Source: Veleropilina oligotropha (Eukaryota). Taken from it: 64,000 nucleotides of DNA. Within the stretch, counting starts at the first letter, position 1. Every line of letters starts with the position of its first letter. The position numbers were made by a program, and so were the translations under genes. Under the pieces are notes generated by a model that saw only the letters and a list, made by a program, of their open reading frames with translations, did not search any database and was not told the origin of the DNA. Location of the stretch: contig JBEUKZ010000018.1 of NCBI GenBank assembly GCA_048128005.1, positions 248,001-312,000 on the forward strand, read 5' to 3'. Below, one piece after another: positions 48,101 to 60,310 of the stretch.

Positions 48101-51100
48101 ATTACACGTACACGGATTGGGAGCCACGTACGATATCAATTACACGTACACGAATTGGGAGCCACGTACGATATCAATTACACGTACACGGATTGGGAGC
48201 AACGTACGATATCAATTACACGTACACGGATTGGGAGCCACGTACGATATCAATTACATGTACACGGATTGGGAGCAACGTACGATATCAATTACATGTA
48301 CACGGATTGGGAGCAACGTACGATATCAATTACACGTACACGGATTGGGAGCCACGTACGATATCAATTACATGTACACGGATTGGGAGCCACGTACGAT
48401 ATCAATTACACGTACACGGATTGTGAGCCACGTACGATATCAATTACATGTACACGGAGCATGAAATGAAGTTTGGTTGGCAACATTGTTTTACGACCAC
48501 TTTTGGCAATTTTTCAGCTGTATCATAGTCGGGACACCCGGTTTAAGGTCTCACTCCGATCTGACTGACATACAATAGCCTATTAGGGATATATGCCATT
48601 CTATTATTTTAAGTGGTAGAACGAACCGCCACTGGTCTCGAACCCGGGACTGACTAACAGCTTCGGTTGAGAGTCTGACGCGCTAACCACTCAACCGCCG
48701 GTGTCGCTAATATCAAAATCAATATAATGATTACAAGCATTGAAAACAAACGTTATAATATGTTAAATACAGTTCGCAATTTTATTGATGAAAATAGTAA
48801 ATTTCATTATCTGCAAATAAATTCCTTTTGGAGAAAGACGTATACTTATGATTATTCACTATGTAGATCAAAATACATGCAAACATGGCGACGGTAATTA
48901 AGGACTATTTCAATTCAAACAGTATTGTTGGTATGGTTGATAACATCTTAACTTTTATTCATCTTACAACAAATGTGTTATTATATATGTATACATATAG
49001 TCATTAGTGGTGCTTTTACAAATTTCCTGCAATGTATGGTCACATGTATTTTTGGTAAAATAATTGTAATTTTGGCAACATGGAGCTTTCAAAGAATTCT
49101 TTGTCTAATGATATTTTAGAGATGAACAGATTCTTGTGAGTGTACACTACAAAATAACACATGTCAGATACAGACAGGTACATTTGACCTTAAATTTGAG
49201 AGTAGTAAGAGCTGATTTTTTTTCAATAACATAGTGCCCTGCATATCATATTTCAGGAAAGGAAAACAAATACCTGGAGCAATATCTAAATTCCTGCCTT
49301 TGTATGGGCATTTTACCTCCACAATTGTGCTGCTATCTATGACACCATCAGGTGTAGCACCGAGAAACGGAAACAATGGCATCACAAAGAGGCCACATTT
49401 CTGAACATTAACATTGTAAAGTAATTGAAATTTTGAAATATACTGCAAGCATCTATGTGATTTGATTCCAACAGCAACTTCCCTTTCTCTAGTGCTTTTA
49501 GATCAGCTGTGCATAGTTTGTCCACAGCTGATCTGTGATTCGTGTACATCTCGATCTGTCCGTTTGAAAGACTGGGCATCAGAGGTCAGTGTTCAACAGA
49601 TAACTGACAACATCCAGCAGAAGGACAATCCAGTATCACAGGTTCCGGCAAAGCTCTCAAGCTCTCCCTTGAAATCCTCATTTCTGATATATGATAATAA
49701 TATGCCTCTAACCTAAAAGTAATAATGATATATATTACACGACAATGCAGCTACTAGTAGATAGTTTAAACTTTCGAACATATTAATACTATTAATAGGC
49801 AGTCTGGACTATTTAATATCAATACAACAGGTACTGTATGAAATAGTAGGGATTTATCGAATTGTATTAAGTAAATTCTTTACCAATTCTCATATTCTTA
49901 TACTGTAACCCTTTTATGGTGTATTTTCTCCGTAAATCATCGTTAAATTATTTCGCTGGTTTATCATGTATTACTGTCATAATTATATATATCAAGGAAT
50001 GATTACATTTATATAACTAATAAGAATATACATTTTCTTATGTTATTTAGGAATGTCACTTTCCAAATCTTTATATATATGCGATCTAGATATGTGATAA
50101 ATGCGCATTTTAAACACCGTGATTCAAACCTGGATATGGTTTATCCTTCAACTATTGTGGTATTTTTGCTAACGAAAATTGTAAACACTGTTCTCTCCCA
50201 CGTCCGCCTCGCCTTTTTGTCATCTGCACTGTGCAGTAATGTCGACATGAACTGGATGAAGTTCAGAATAAACGCAAGCTCACCTAAAGTATACGACACT
50301 ATTTTGCAAAAATCATATATTTCTGGTTTAAAATTATTAAACTGGACTTTTCGCGGCAAAATGCTAGCGCTTCAGGCAATCGGACACACAACGAAGTCAT
50401 GACCCAGTTTACAGAATTCTACTCACCTGTGTACTAACTCTGCTTTTCTTCCTGTTGCCGTAGCGCCTCTATGATGAAACTCATTTTAATCTTGCTTACC
50501 ATCCATTTTCCGTATATAGACATATGGCGAAAAATTTACGCACGACTTAGGCCTATGAGTTTTAAACTTAGTTAGAACAACACACCGATTCAATCGAACT
50601 TCGCTTCGCTCAATAAGAACTGATAGGACACAAGCGCCACCTAGAGGAAAATCGGCCGGCGAACCCTATTGACCGAATTTAATCACATTTATAACAGAGA
50701 ATGAAATTTTTTTCTGTATATTGCTCAATAAAATTAAATATATATGATCTAATAATCATTCTCAAAGTAATAATAGTATATCGGACATACAGACGTAGGT
50801 AAGTAAATTAGTTTTACAACTCTTTTTTGGAAATTTTTAAGCCTTATCGCAGTCGGGACAACCAGTTTAAGGTCTCACTCCGATCTGACCAACATACATT
50901 AGGATTATGCATAAGAGTAAGCCATGCATGAGCGGGGGTTTGAACCCACATCCATACTGACATGTCACATCTCAATTATATCCTTAACCTTATCATTGAT
51001 GCGGGCGGTTATCGTTCCGTGCTTCTCTCCCTTGTTGTTTATCATCCTAATCTCTTCCTCCGTAAACATGGCCTTCATTTGAACTGGCGTTGCCGTGGTA

Positions 51101-51348
51101 GCAAAGTCGATATCGTAGGGATCTCGTCCCAGCAGGAGGTCCCGGACTGCTCCCCCAGCTATGCGGAGTTCGTGCTGATGTTTATTAAACAAGTCGACGA
51201 GCTTCTGTAGTTCTGGCGTAAACAAGCGCTGGAACTCGGGGCTGTCTATCTTCATCGTGACTAATTTTCCAATTTTTCTATACAATTGTCTTTTGAGTAA
51301 AAACAGCGGACTTTTGCAAAATAATCGTATCACAGGGCTAAAGAACAT
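30106..51348 (-). CDS. TRNT1: CCA tRNA nucleotidyltransferase 1 (class II CCA-adding enzyme)
   Basis: Phase-consistent GT-AG exons on minus: 51348-50989 ([21 protein letters not shown]), 44617-44488 ([21 protein letters not shown]), 43264-43138 ([14 protein letters not shown]), 41096-41011 ([14 protein letters not shown]), 34329-34222 ([13 protein letters not shown]), 31685-31573, 30510-30106 (..FPVTG..stop). Confidence 0.95.
31080..31300 (+). mobile_element. Degenerate tRNA-derived SINE
   Basis: GGGTTCGAATC B box, then CACAGTTGTCCGTAACTGGCCGGGTTTCCTCCCGCGATAA..GGACATG core shared with the family. Confidence 0.65.
32490..33808. mobile_element. Putative non-autonomous element with a terminal 142-bp palindrome and subterminal inverted repeats
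   Basis: Near-perfect palindrome 32490-32631 centred on GGATTAATCC. TTATTATATGCCA (~32634) is inverted as TGGCATATAATAA (~33795). Confidence 0.5.
33825..34220. repeat. ~63-65-bp tandem repeat, ~6 copies, abutting a TRNT1 donor
   Basis: Unit ATACCGGTATCCAAGGTGATCGTGGCATAAGTCTTATTCTCCTGATTTGAGTGTTATCTCAGTCT. Runs up to the donor at 34221. Confidence 0.88.
34412..34685 (+). mobile_element. tRNA-derived SINE (related subfamily)
   Basis: GGCCGCTTCGACA head, core CACAGTTGTCC..GAGGGCGGGTTTCCCCGGGCGAC, tail ATTAAGCATCGATCCTTT. A sister copy is at ~60917-61170. Confidence 0.75.
36186..36373. repeat. 24-bp minisatellite, ~8 copies
   Basis: Unit TGGGCACTGC(T/A)CAGGTTAACAACT. Confidence 0.93.
37389..37632. 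repeat. 22-bp minisatellite, ~11 copies
   Basis: Unit TTGGTGTTATATAACAGG(T/C)(G/A)GG. Confidence 0.93.
37812..41060. repeat. 70/71-bp tandem array, ~46 copies, made of TRNT1 exon 3' half + splice donor
   Basis: Minus-strand unit ATGAACCCGATACTCTGGAGGCAATCAGAGACAACACCATAGGACTCGAAG|GT(T/A)TGTAAAC(C)CATCGGTCA. The rightmost copy overlaps the coding exon 41096-41011. Confidence 0.96.
43385..44175. mobile_element. Helentron/HINE-like element with tandem core repeats
   Basis: About five cores (AAGGGCAATAACTC...AAAGGCACCAGTT...AAGTTTCGTAA), GGAC microsatellite and terminal hairpin ATCCCCCGCAAAATTTTGCGGGGGAT. Confidence 0.6.
45072..47137 (+). pseudogene. THAP-domain + HTH + DDE_Tnp_4-like transposase pseudogene
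   Basis: Exon 1 (45072-~45276): [20 protein letters not shown], with frameshift and stop. Exon 2 from 45945: [65 protein letters not shown]. Frameshift near 46530. Confidence 0.85.
47554..48460. repeat. 38-bp minisatellite (with 25-bp variants) inside the transposon
   Basis: Unit GGGAGCCACGTACGATATCAATTACA(C/T)GTACACGGATT. Confidence 0.94.
48465..48707 (-). mobile_element. tRNA-derived SINE, second family
   Basis: Minus strand GGTTGAGTGGTTAGCGCGTCAGACTC...CCCGGGTTCGAGACC, then TCGGAGTGAGACCTTAAAC. A partial sister copy is at ~50850-50950. Confidence 0.7.
49000..50523 (-). pseudogene. SAP-domain / YqaJ (lambda-exonuclease-like) nuclease pseudogene of the transposon
   Basis: 5' exon ~50523-50427 (..[24 protein letters not shown]-like). 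YqaJ motifs [23 protein letters not shown] at ~49300-49400 and GQM downstream. Frameshifted and internally deleted. Confidence 0.8.
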
Positions 51349-51777
51349 TGATCAGAGCTGGTTACTTTATCTGAAAGAGACAGAAAAAATTAAACATAAT
51401 TATATTTCATGAGCCAAAATGACAACTTTTCTCGAAACTTGACAGTATATTTAATGTCAAATTAATTTTTAAAAAGACTGTGATGCATACATACATATAA
51501 CGTTTGTTGTAAGTGATATGCACTAGATCAGATAAAATATATATTATATTATATATTTGAATACTGTACTATAATAATATATAAATATTCATTGTTACAT
51601 ATATCAAGAAGACCAGCAGGCTGGTAGTGTATTGGATACGGCTGGTAGTGTAGTGTATTGGGCTGGTAGTGCATTGGATAGGGCTGTGGTTCACAATTCG
51701 CTCGTCTCCTGTCATTATTAGGAGTGGATTCAAATTCTCGGCGGGGCACTTTGTTCAATTAACCGTCACAGTTGTCC

Positions 51778-53562
51778 GTAACTGGACGGTGTAGGCAGGT
51801 ACCCCCAGGCAAACAGTAACTGGATGGTGTAGGCAGGTGCCCCCAGGCAAACAGTAACTGGATGGTGTAGGCAGGTACCCCCAGGCAAACAGTAACTGGA
51901 TGGTGTAGGCAGGTGCCCCCAGGCAAACAGTAACTGGATGGTGTAGGCAGGTACCCCCAGGCAAACAGTAACTGGATGGTGTAGGCAGGTGCCCCCAGGC
52001 AAACAGTAACTGGATGGTGTAGGCAGGTGCCCCCAGGCAAACAGTAACAGGATGGTGTAGGCAGGTACCCCCAGGCAAACAGTAACTGGATGGTGTAGGC
52101 AGGTACCCCCAGGCAAACAGTAACTGGATGGTGTAGGCAGGTACCCCCAGGCAAACAGTAACTGGATGGTGTAGGCAGGTGCCCCCAGGCAAACAGTAAC
52201 TGGATGGTGTAGGCAGGTACCCCCAGGCAAACAGTAACTGGATGGTGTAGGCAGGTGCCCCCAGGCAAACAGTAACTGGATGGTGTAGGCAGGTGCCCCC
52301 AGGCAAACAGTAACTGGATGGTGTAGACAGGTACCCCCAGGCAAACAGTAACTGGATGGTGTAGGCAGGTACCCCCAGGCAAACAGTAACTGGATGGTGT
52401 AGGCAGGTACCCCAGGCAAACAGTAACTGGATGGTGTAGGCAGGTGCCCCCAGGCAAACAGTAACTGGATGGTGTAGGCAGGTGCCCCCAGGCAAACAGT
52501 AACTGGATGGTGTAGGCAGGTACCCCCAGGCAAACAGTAACTGGATGGTGTAGGCAGGTGCCCCCAGGCAAACAGTAACTGGATGGTGTAGGCAGGTACC
52601 CCCAGGCAAACAGTAACTGGATGGTGTAGGCAGGTACCCCCAGGCAAACAGTAACTGGATGGTGTAGGCAGGTACCCCCAGGCAAACAGTAACTGGATGG
52701 TGTAGGCAGGTACCCCCAGGCAAACAGTAACTGGATGGTGTAGGCAGGTACCCCCAGGCAAACAGTAACTGGATGGTGTAGGCAGGTACCCCCAGGCAAA
52801 CAGTAACTGGATGGTGTAGGCAGGTACCCCCAGGCAAACAGTAACTGGATGGTGTAGGCAGGTACCCCCAGGCAAACAGTAACTGGATGGTGTAGGCAGG
52901 TACACCCAGGCAAACAGTAACTGGATGGTGTAGGCAGGTACCCCCAGGCAAACAGTAACTGGATGGTGTAGGCAGGTACCCCCAGGCAAACAGTAACTGG
53001 ATGGTGTAGGCAGGTACCCCCAGGCAAACAGTAACTGGATGGTGTAGGCAGGTACCCCCAGGCAAACAGTAACTGGATGGTGTAGGCAGGTACACCCAGG
53101 CAAACAGTAACTGGATGGTGTAGGCAGGTACCCCCAGGCAAACAGTAACTGGATGGTGTAGGCAGGTACCCCCAGGCAAACAGTAACTGGATGGTGTAGG
53201 CAGGTACACCCAGGCAAACAGTAACTGGATGGTGTAGGCAGGTACCCCCAGGCAAACAGTAACTGGATGGTGTAGGCAGGTACACCCAGGCAAACAGTAA
53301 CTGGATGGTGTAGGCAGGTACCCCCAGGCAAACAGTAACTGGATGGTGTAGGCAGGTACACCCAGGCAAACAGTAACTGGATGGTGTAGGCAGGTACCCC
53401 CAGGCAAACAGTAACTGGATGGTGTAGGCAGGTACACCCAGGCAAACAGTAACTGGATGGTGTAGGCAGGTATACCCAGGCAAACAGTAACTGGATGGTG
53501 TAGGCAGGTACACCCAGGCAAACAGTAACTGGATGGTGTAGGCAGGTACCCCCAGACAAACA
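51778..53562. repeat. 38-bp minisatellite, ~47 copies
   Basis: Unit GTAACTGGATGGTGTAGGCAGGT(A/G)C(C/A)CCCAGGCAAACA. Begins within a SINE-like core (CACAGTTGTCCGTAACTGG). Confidence 0.96.
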
Positions 53563-54880
53563 GCTTTCCTGTCACTATAACCAACCAAATTTCTTGTATC
53601 ACTAAACATTATTCATCAACCCTTTCTGCTTGTTGGGTGGAAATTGTTGCTTATAATGCTGAATTCTTAAACATCATTTGGGGTCTGCCAGGTCATACAA
53701 AGACTTGTACATAATAGTAAGTTATGTCACACAAATCTGAAGAAACCACTCAAACAATCACTATCGAGTGGTAATTAATTGATGTTTAACGACCATTATT
53801 TCAGTCATAAATCGAGTCGATCAACTTTGAAATCATTTAATGATGAAATGGTTAGGTGTTGTATGCACTGGAGGCAGCTGAATCATGGGAAAAATCCCCG
53901 GCACTCCCGAGGATTGAACCCAGGACTTTCAGTTTGTTGACCAGCACCATCTCCACTCGGCCATACTGCACCTGTATACTGTAGTCCTATGGCGTGAATG
54001 CGTCAGTGCCCATAAAAAGTCAAACCATATCAACATAAACATGAAATTTTTAATTGTTTGCCAATAAGGCCCCCAAAAATGTGTTGGTTCCTGTTACCCT
54101 ACCCTACCCTAAACTTTTTATCAGTGATTTACTTTAAAAAAATCTATCTCACCCCTGAGCATCCTATTTTCTCTCTGGAAGGCTTTGTGATGTGTGACAT
54201 GTCTATTAAATAGGATTAATGGCCGCATATTACCATATGCCATGGATTTTTCTTCAGTTGGTTGTTTATTTGGGGAAAAATTGATTTAAATTTTTTTTTT
54301 GGCCTATGGTAAAGATTATACCAAATCAATAAGATCACATTAAACGATTGAGAGACTCCGAACGCCCGACTCCTCTCACATGATAACTCGCCTCATAGCG
54401 AGCACGAAGTGTGAGCTCTTATAGACTAACGTACACGAATGTAGAAAATTCTCAACAAAATCGAACTGACCTTTCTTACGAAATAAACAAACGGAAACCC
54501 GAAATTCAGGCATTCTGGGATTAGTTTTTCAAGAACATGGAGCTTTATGATTAATAATTATTTATTTGTCAGAGTGTCAAGTGCGAAGCGCTTGCACATT
54601 AAACATGCTTATGACCGGCGTGTAGTGCCTGTCATAAATAATGAATTCCGCTGAAGTTTTAATGTCAAATCTCGGCTAAGCGTTAGTAACTTAGCATACA
54701 GGCTCTGGTGTATGCTTACTCCGACAACGTTAGAGCCTGTTATAGTTCCTAATCAGTACTCCAACAACGTTAGAGCCTGCTATAGTTCCTAGGGTTGGGA
54801 GGGCACGTCAACCCGGTCTCATATGTTATAGGAGTAGCGTATGCTGTGACGTCATGTCTCGTCTTGGCAACAAGATAATG

Positions 54881-55229
54881 CAGGGGCGTCACAACCATTT
54901 TGATGTTAGGGGGGTATCGTTAACAAAGGGCACCTCATATTGCCGGAGCCAGCAATGCGAGCGCCGAAGGCCCGAAGGCGCGAAGCTGCGAGCGCCACAG
55001 GCGCGAAGCCCTTTGCGGGGGGTATGAGAATTTAAGTGCCTCAGATGCATTTTCCTGGCATTTGAGAACAAAATACTTTAACATATTTATGGTATGTTGC
55101 TAATTTTGTCTTCAATGAATATAGTGAAATGACGTTAACATTCAGCTTATGCAAGGGTACTCGCTTCCAAAATTTTAGGGGGGTAAATACCCCCCCTTAC
55201 CCCCCCCCCCCCCGGTCGCGACGCCCCTG
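54881..55229. mobile_element. MITE with CAGGGGCG termini
   Basis: TIRs CAGGGGCGTCACAACC / GGTCGCGACGCCCCTG, flanked by TAATG on both sides. Confidence 0.8.
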
Positions 55230-55357
55230 TAATGATTCGGTAAATTCGAGGAGCGGAGTTTACCGATCGATACAACTAAGGCATTCGAGCCAATACAAGT
55301 ATGTCAATAAACTAGTTGGAAGAATTAATAATATGTTTTATGTTTGTGTTAATAAAA

Positions 55358-55756
55358 GGAAGTGTCTATAGAACCGGATCCGGTTCCCGACTTTATAAAA
55401 CTAAAGAACCGGACCACCGCCACTTATTGGTCAAATATGTCACGTGCTAACTGTTCGATTCCAACATGGCTGCTGCAACTGTGCAGTTTCGTGTTGGCCT
55501 AAATTATAGTAATACAAATGAATGCCCGATCAGGGCTTGAAGCCGCGTCATGGGCAAATATATAAGACATGGAGGTTTTAGTAGTTTTCTACACAAGACA
55601 ATGTATATAAGATGGGTAGAATTCGGGCCGCAGGCCTAAAGAAGAAAAAACTCGTCCTGATTAATAACACGTAAACCTCAGTCTGAAAGCGCGTGACACG
55701 TCCGGTTCTTTAGTTTTAGAAAGTCGGAAGCCGGATCCGGTTCTATAGACACTTCC
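55358..55756. mobile_element. Mutator-like (MULE) MITE
   Basis: ~57-bp TIRs GGAAGTGTCTATAGAACCGGATCCGG... and 9-bp TSD TTAATAAAA (55349-55357, 55757-55765). Confidence 0.88.
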
Positions 55757-56811
55757 TTAATAAAATTAAAATTAAATATGTTTTAAAATTTGTAATTAGT
55801 TTTAATAATTATATGTAGGCCTATATGTACATATATATGCCATATCTGAGTGCTCGTTTCTAGGTATCACCTACAACATATTATGATGTCATCTTAGTCT
55901 ATCTATTTTCGAAATTGTAAATCGTGAAGATGAAATGACTTCAACAACAATTTTCAACAAAATTGTACTCACATTCACCTGTGTTTAGTTCATATATCTC
56001 TGGATTTGAGGAGAGATTACTAAACAATGTTTCTCTACATATTTTCCATTATTTTCTATACCGTTCCTACAACAGCGCATGAAGTGCACACGTCTGTTTG
56101 TACATTAAATTCAATTCAGTATTACACCACTTTGCGTGCACATTTTTATCATGGACGCTGACATTTTGTAGACTCGCAGAAAATATTTCCCACATCTTGT
56201 CCTAGTTCGATTTTCTAGTTAATTTCGAAAGAATGTAAACATAATACACAAGGGCAATCAGAGGAGATTCCAAAGTCAGAAATGTCTACGATTAATATTT
56301 CTAAGCATGAATTACAATCATAATAATTAATCATATCGTTGTCCTATGACATCAAGAACATTTTGAGCTGTATTTTAACTTTGTATGGCGAAGTATTCGA
56401 ACGCTAAGCCCCCAAATCCGAAATTGCGTCATATCATCCGGATCCGGATCTCAACTGAACCAAGGGTTAAACCTATCTTGTGGTTTAACTTGGAGTAAAT
56501 TTGATAAAAGGTTCGTGAGTTATGCTAATGGACATGCATGGTTTATAGATTTGTATATGTTAAATAATACTGATTGTAAGGATCGTACAATTCCTCCATC
56601 TAATAACTTTCAAGCAGGTAATATTCCTTATGAGCATATGTCAGTAAACCCTGGGTCCCAAGCATTATTAAATAATTTTACTAACTACAATCATGAATGT
56701 GACCATATTTTTGTTTTATGTGTTTAATTTGTATATTATCTGTTTAAGGTACTACCATTTTCACTGCAAGAAGCGATCACTGACACTCCATTCAAATGTT
56801 ATAAGAAAAGC

Positions 56812-59240
56812 ATGAATATAGTTCATTTGAATATCTGTCATTTATTGCCAAAGTTAGACGAAATAGAACTACAAATTCATGACGTAACAATACCAGTTGA
56901 TATATTTGGTTTTACTGAAACATTTTTAAATAATGCTGTATCAGATTCCGAGATCAATATTCAAAATTATATTATGCAGCGTAGGGATAGAGTAGGGAGA
57001 ACTGGAGGAGGAATAGTTATCTACCTGAGAGAACAATTAAATATTATAGCAGAAGAAGTGACCCTGAAGACTCTGATATCGAATCAATGTGGCTACAAAT
57101 TTACCCAACAAAGAGCAAATCTTATTTAATATGTTATTGTTATCGACCTCCCTCGGCTATAGCATCGTGGATAGATAGTTTGCATAATCAATTGATGAAA
57201 GCATCCGAAGAAGAAAAGGAAATGATAATACTAGGTGATTTCAACATTGATTATAAAAACTTCTCATCCCTACCCTATAAATGGAAGGAGTAGGTGCAGA
57301 CACATGATTTGCATCAAATGGAAGGAAGGAAGGAATGATGCTTAATGTCCTGTATATTTACAACATCGAGGTTCAAGGCAGGATATGTCCGTGTTATCGC
57401 GGGAGGAAACCCCGGTCGCCCGGGTAAACCCGCCTTCTTCGGCCAGTCACGGACAACTGTGATTCATAACTTGAACAAATTTCAATGCCTCAGCCAGGTA
57501 TTGAACCCACTACTGTTCGCATTAGCGGAATCAAGCCAGTGAATTTAGAGTGGACACTCTACCCACTGCGCTGTCGAAGCGGCCGCATCAAATGGTATCT
57601 GTACCAACGCGTATAACTTGTGACAGCTAGATGTGCTACTATAATTGACCATGTTTACACCACCAACCCAGAAAATATTACAAATGTAGCAGTCCCAGTG
57701 TATGGCCCCAGTGATCACTACCCAACATTCATCACAAAATATGGCCATCTGATCAAGTTGTTAAAAAATCTTTTCATTTGGAAATCAATTATAGAAATTT
57801 AAAAAATAATTGATGACAGTAAATTTTTGGAGGATCTATCAGTAGCACCCTTTTTGCAAATAGAACAACATGATGATCCAGACGTTTGCTTGAACTTATG
57901 GTATGATATTTTTTTTAAAGTATTTTAAATAAACACGCACCAATGAAAAGTAAGCGTGTTCGAAGATACAAGCAACCTTATTGGTGTAACAATGATATCA
58001 AGGATGCATGTAGGTTAAGGGACTATTACAAGAAGAAAAATGATGATGTTAACTATAAATTATGGAGAAACAAATATAAAAGTCTTATACAAGCATTTAA
58101 AAAAAGTATGTGAAAAGGTCAGTTGGAAATAAAGCAGATGCAAAGAGTATGTGGAATGTAATGGGCCATATCCCACTAAACTAGAACTTGGTGATAGGCT
58201 AACTGATAGTCATGAAGATATTGCAAATTCCATGAATCGTTACTTTAAGGATATTGTTTCAATTATAAAGCCAAATGCATTAAATTCTACTGACCTAAGT
58301 ACTTTAAAAGATGATCTTTGTGACAAAGTACCTGCTATGGACCAATTCAACTTAAAATACATATCCTGTCATGAAGTACCTAAATCCTTAGAAAAACTTA
58401 ACATTACAAAGGCTACAGGACTTGATGGAATTGGGCCAAATTTATTTAAAATGTCAGCTAGTATTATTGCCAATTCTCTAACTTATATCTTTAATCTTAA
58501 GCGTTAGCAAGACAACTTTTCCAGTATGTTTTAAGCATGCTACAATAATGCCCTTTCATAAGAAATGTAGTAAAACAAAGTGTGAAAATTATCGTCCAAT
58601 TTATATTCTTCCCACACTTTCTAAAATACTAGAGAAACACGTTGGTCGTCAATTAACAGATTATTTGAGTGATAAAGAGCTTCTTAATAATTGTCAATCT
58701 GGATTTCGTGATAAACATTCATGTCAAACATCATTAACTAAAATTACTGATGATTGATTAACTGACATTGGCATTGGAAATGTAACAGGATCTTTATTTG
58801 TAGATCTAACAAAGGCGTTTGACTTGGTAGATCATGGTTTGCTAATTCAAAAGCTTAAGTTGTATGAACTGAGCTCATTATCATTAGATTGGTTTATTTC
58901 ATACGTATATGATAGGAAGCAGAAAGTGTGTATTGGAAACAGTCATTCGGAATTAACTGCCATTAGTAGTGGTGTTTCAAAGGGCTCAATTCTTGGTCCC
59001 ATCTTATTTCTTATATTTATTGATGACCTACCACTTTGTGTTGAAACGTGTAAAAGTGAATTGTATGCAGATGATGCTACTTTACATACATCTGGAGCAA
59101 ATCAAGAAATTATTACTGAACATTTGGTCCAAGATCTTGATAGCGTTAATACATGGTGCAAAACAATGGTATGATCATCAATATTCAGAAAACAAAATCT
59201 ATGATCATTAGGGGCAACCCAAAGTTAAAGAGCATGAATT
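56812..59240 (+). mobile_element. Decayed CR1/L2-clade-like LINE ORF2 (APE endonuclease + reverse transcriptase)
   Basis: APE motifs HLNI, TETFL, RRDR..GGG, YRPP, GDFNID, IDH, SDH. RT motifs GLDGI, NYRPI, QSGFR, DLTKAFDLVDH, GSILGP, YADD. Many stops and frameshifts. Confidence 0.9.
57322..57584 (-). mobile_element. tRNA-derived SINE inserted in the LINE, 11-bp TSD
   Basis: TSD GCATCAAATGG at 57311-57321 and 57585-57595, (TTCC)n tail. Nearly identical to 27964-28223. Confidence 0.9.
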
Positions 59241-59249
59241 CCGGGTTTC

Positions 59250-60310
59250 CATCGTTCTTAACAATGCAACACAATTTAATCAACACCGAATTAACAGCAA
59301 TATCAGAGTGGTCAAAGAAATGGTTAGTATCTTTCAATCCAACAAAGACGGAAGCTATACTAATATCTTCCAGACAAAATGACAAACCAAATTTAATCTT
59401 AGATCAAACTCTAGTTAAATTTGTATCAGAACACAAGCATTTGGGATTGACATTTTCATCCGATGGGAAATGGACAAAACATATAGAAACCATAGCTCAA
59501 ACTGCATCCAAAAAAGTGTCAGCTATGCGGAAATTGAAATTTATCCTAAATAAAGATAAATTACTCCAAATTTATAAAACATTTATTAGACCATGTTTTG
59601 AGTATGCGGTGGAGGTATGGGGTAACTTATCTGAAAATGACGCAAATAAGCTAAATCTTATTCAAAATGAAGCTATGCGAACTATTACAGGCTTACCGAG
59701 ATACGCTGCTATTCGAATATTATCCAAAGAAACTGGGCTAGAGGGTCTTGGAATTCGGAGAAATAACATAAAACTCAACACTCTATATAAGATTATTAAT
59801 GGCAAAGCTCCTGATTATCTAGTTCAATTACTTCCACCGTTTGTACACAACGTCACAAATTACGAATTAAGAAACAGGGAACAGGGAACCTTGATGCGAC
59901 TCGAAAATCATTCTTTCCATCCACCGTTGCCTTGTGGAACAATCTTGAACACAAAAAGAAAACTTTACCAACATTGTAAACTTTCAAAAATGCAATGGAA
60001 TGTACGATATGGAACAACTGCCAACCTTTGTCAAGAAATATGGAAATTATACATACAAAAATTCGAAACAATTGCAGTCCACTTCATGCGGACTTATTCA
60101 ATAATCATATCATTGCGAACTCAAATTCTTTATAACTGTCCAGATTACACATCGGAAAGAAATGAGATACTGACATATATCCTAACAGACGCAACAATAC
60201 AAGATTTTTTATTTGGTAATTCCTCAAAATCTGTTGACGAAAATCAGACTTTATACAATAATATACATAGTTATATCAAACGAACTAAGCGTTTCTTATC
60301 TTAAATGTTA
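59250..60310 (+). mobile_element. Second, 5'-truncated LINE fragment (RT C-terminal region)
   Basis: Repeats the post-YADD region already encoded upstream (L..ISEWSKKWLVSFNPTKT, HKHLG, YKTFIRP.FEYA..VW) and ends ..YIKRTKRF*. Confidence 0.7.

Larger units (their letters stand above)
44923..50667 (+). mobile_element. ISL2EU-type (PIF/Harbinger-related) DNA transposon, full length but decayed, in a TRNT1 intron
   Basis: Imperfect TIRs GGGGTTCGACGGC...TAGGTGGCGCT and AGCGCCACCTAG...GCCGGCGAACCCT, each flanked by AT (44921-44922, 50668-50669). Encodes a THAP-HTH-DDE transposase on + and a SAP-YqaJ nuclease on -. Confidence 0.85.

Noticed and set aside
47545..48469. 170-287-aa repetitive ORFs
   Set aside because: Products of the 38-bp minisatellite.
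48630..48707. tRNA gene
   Set aside because: A/B boxes are present but run into a SINE body with no clean cloverleaf. The same holds for the tRNA-like heads at 28130-28220, 53900-53970 and 57500-57584.
51755..53609. Three ~600-aa ORFs
   Set aside because: They are translations of a 38-bp tandem repeat that lacks stop codons, and all three frames give the same periodic peptide.
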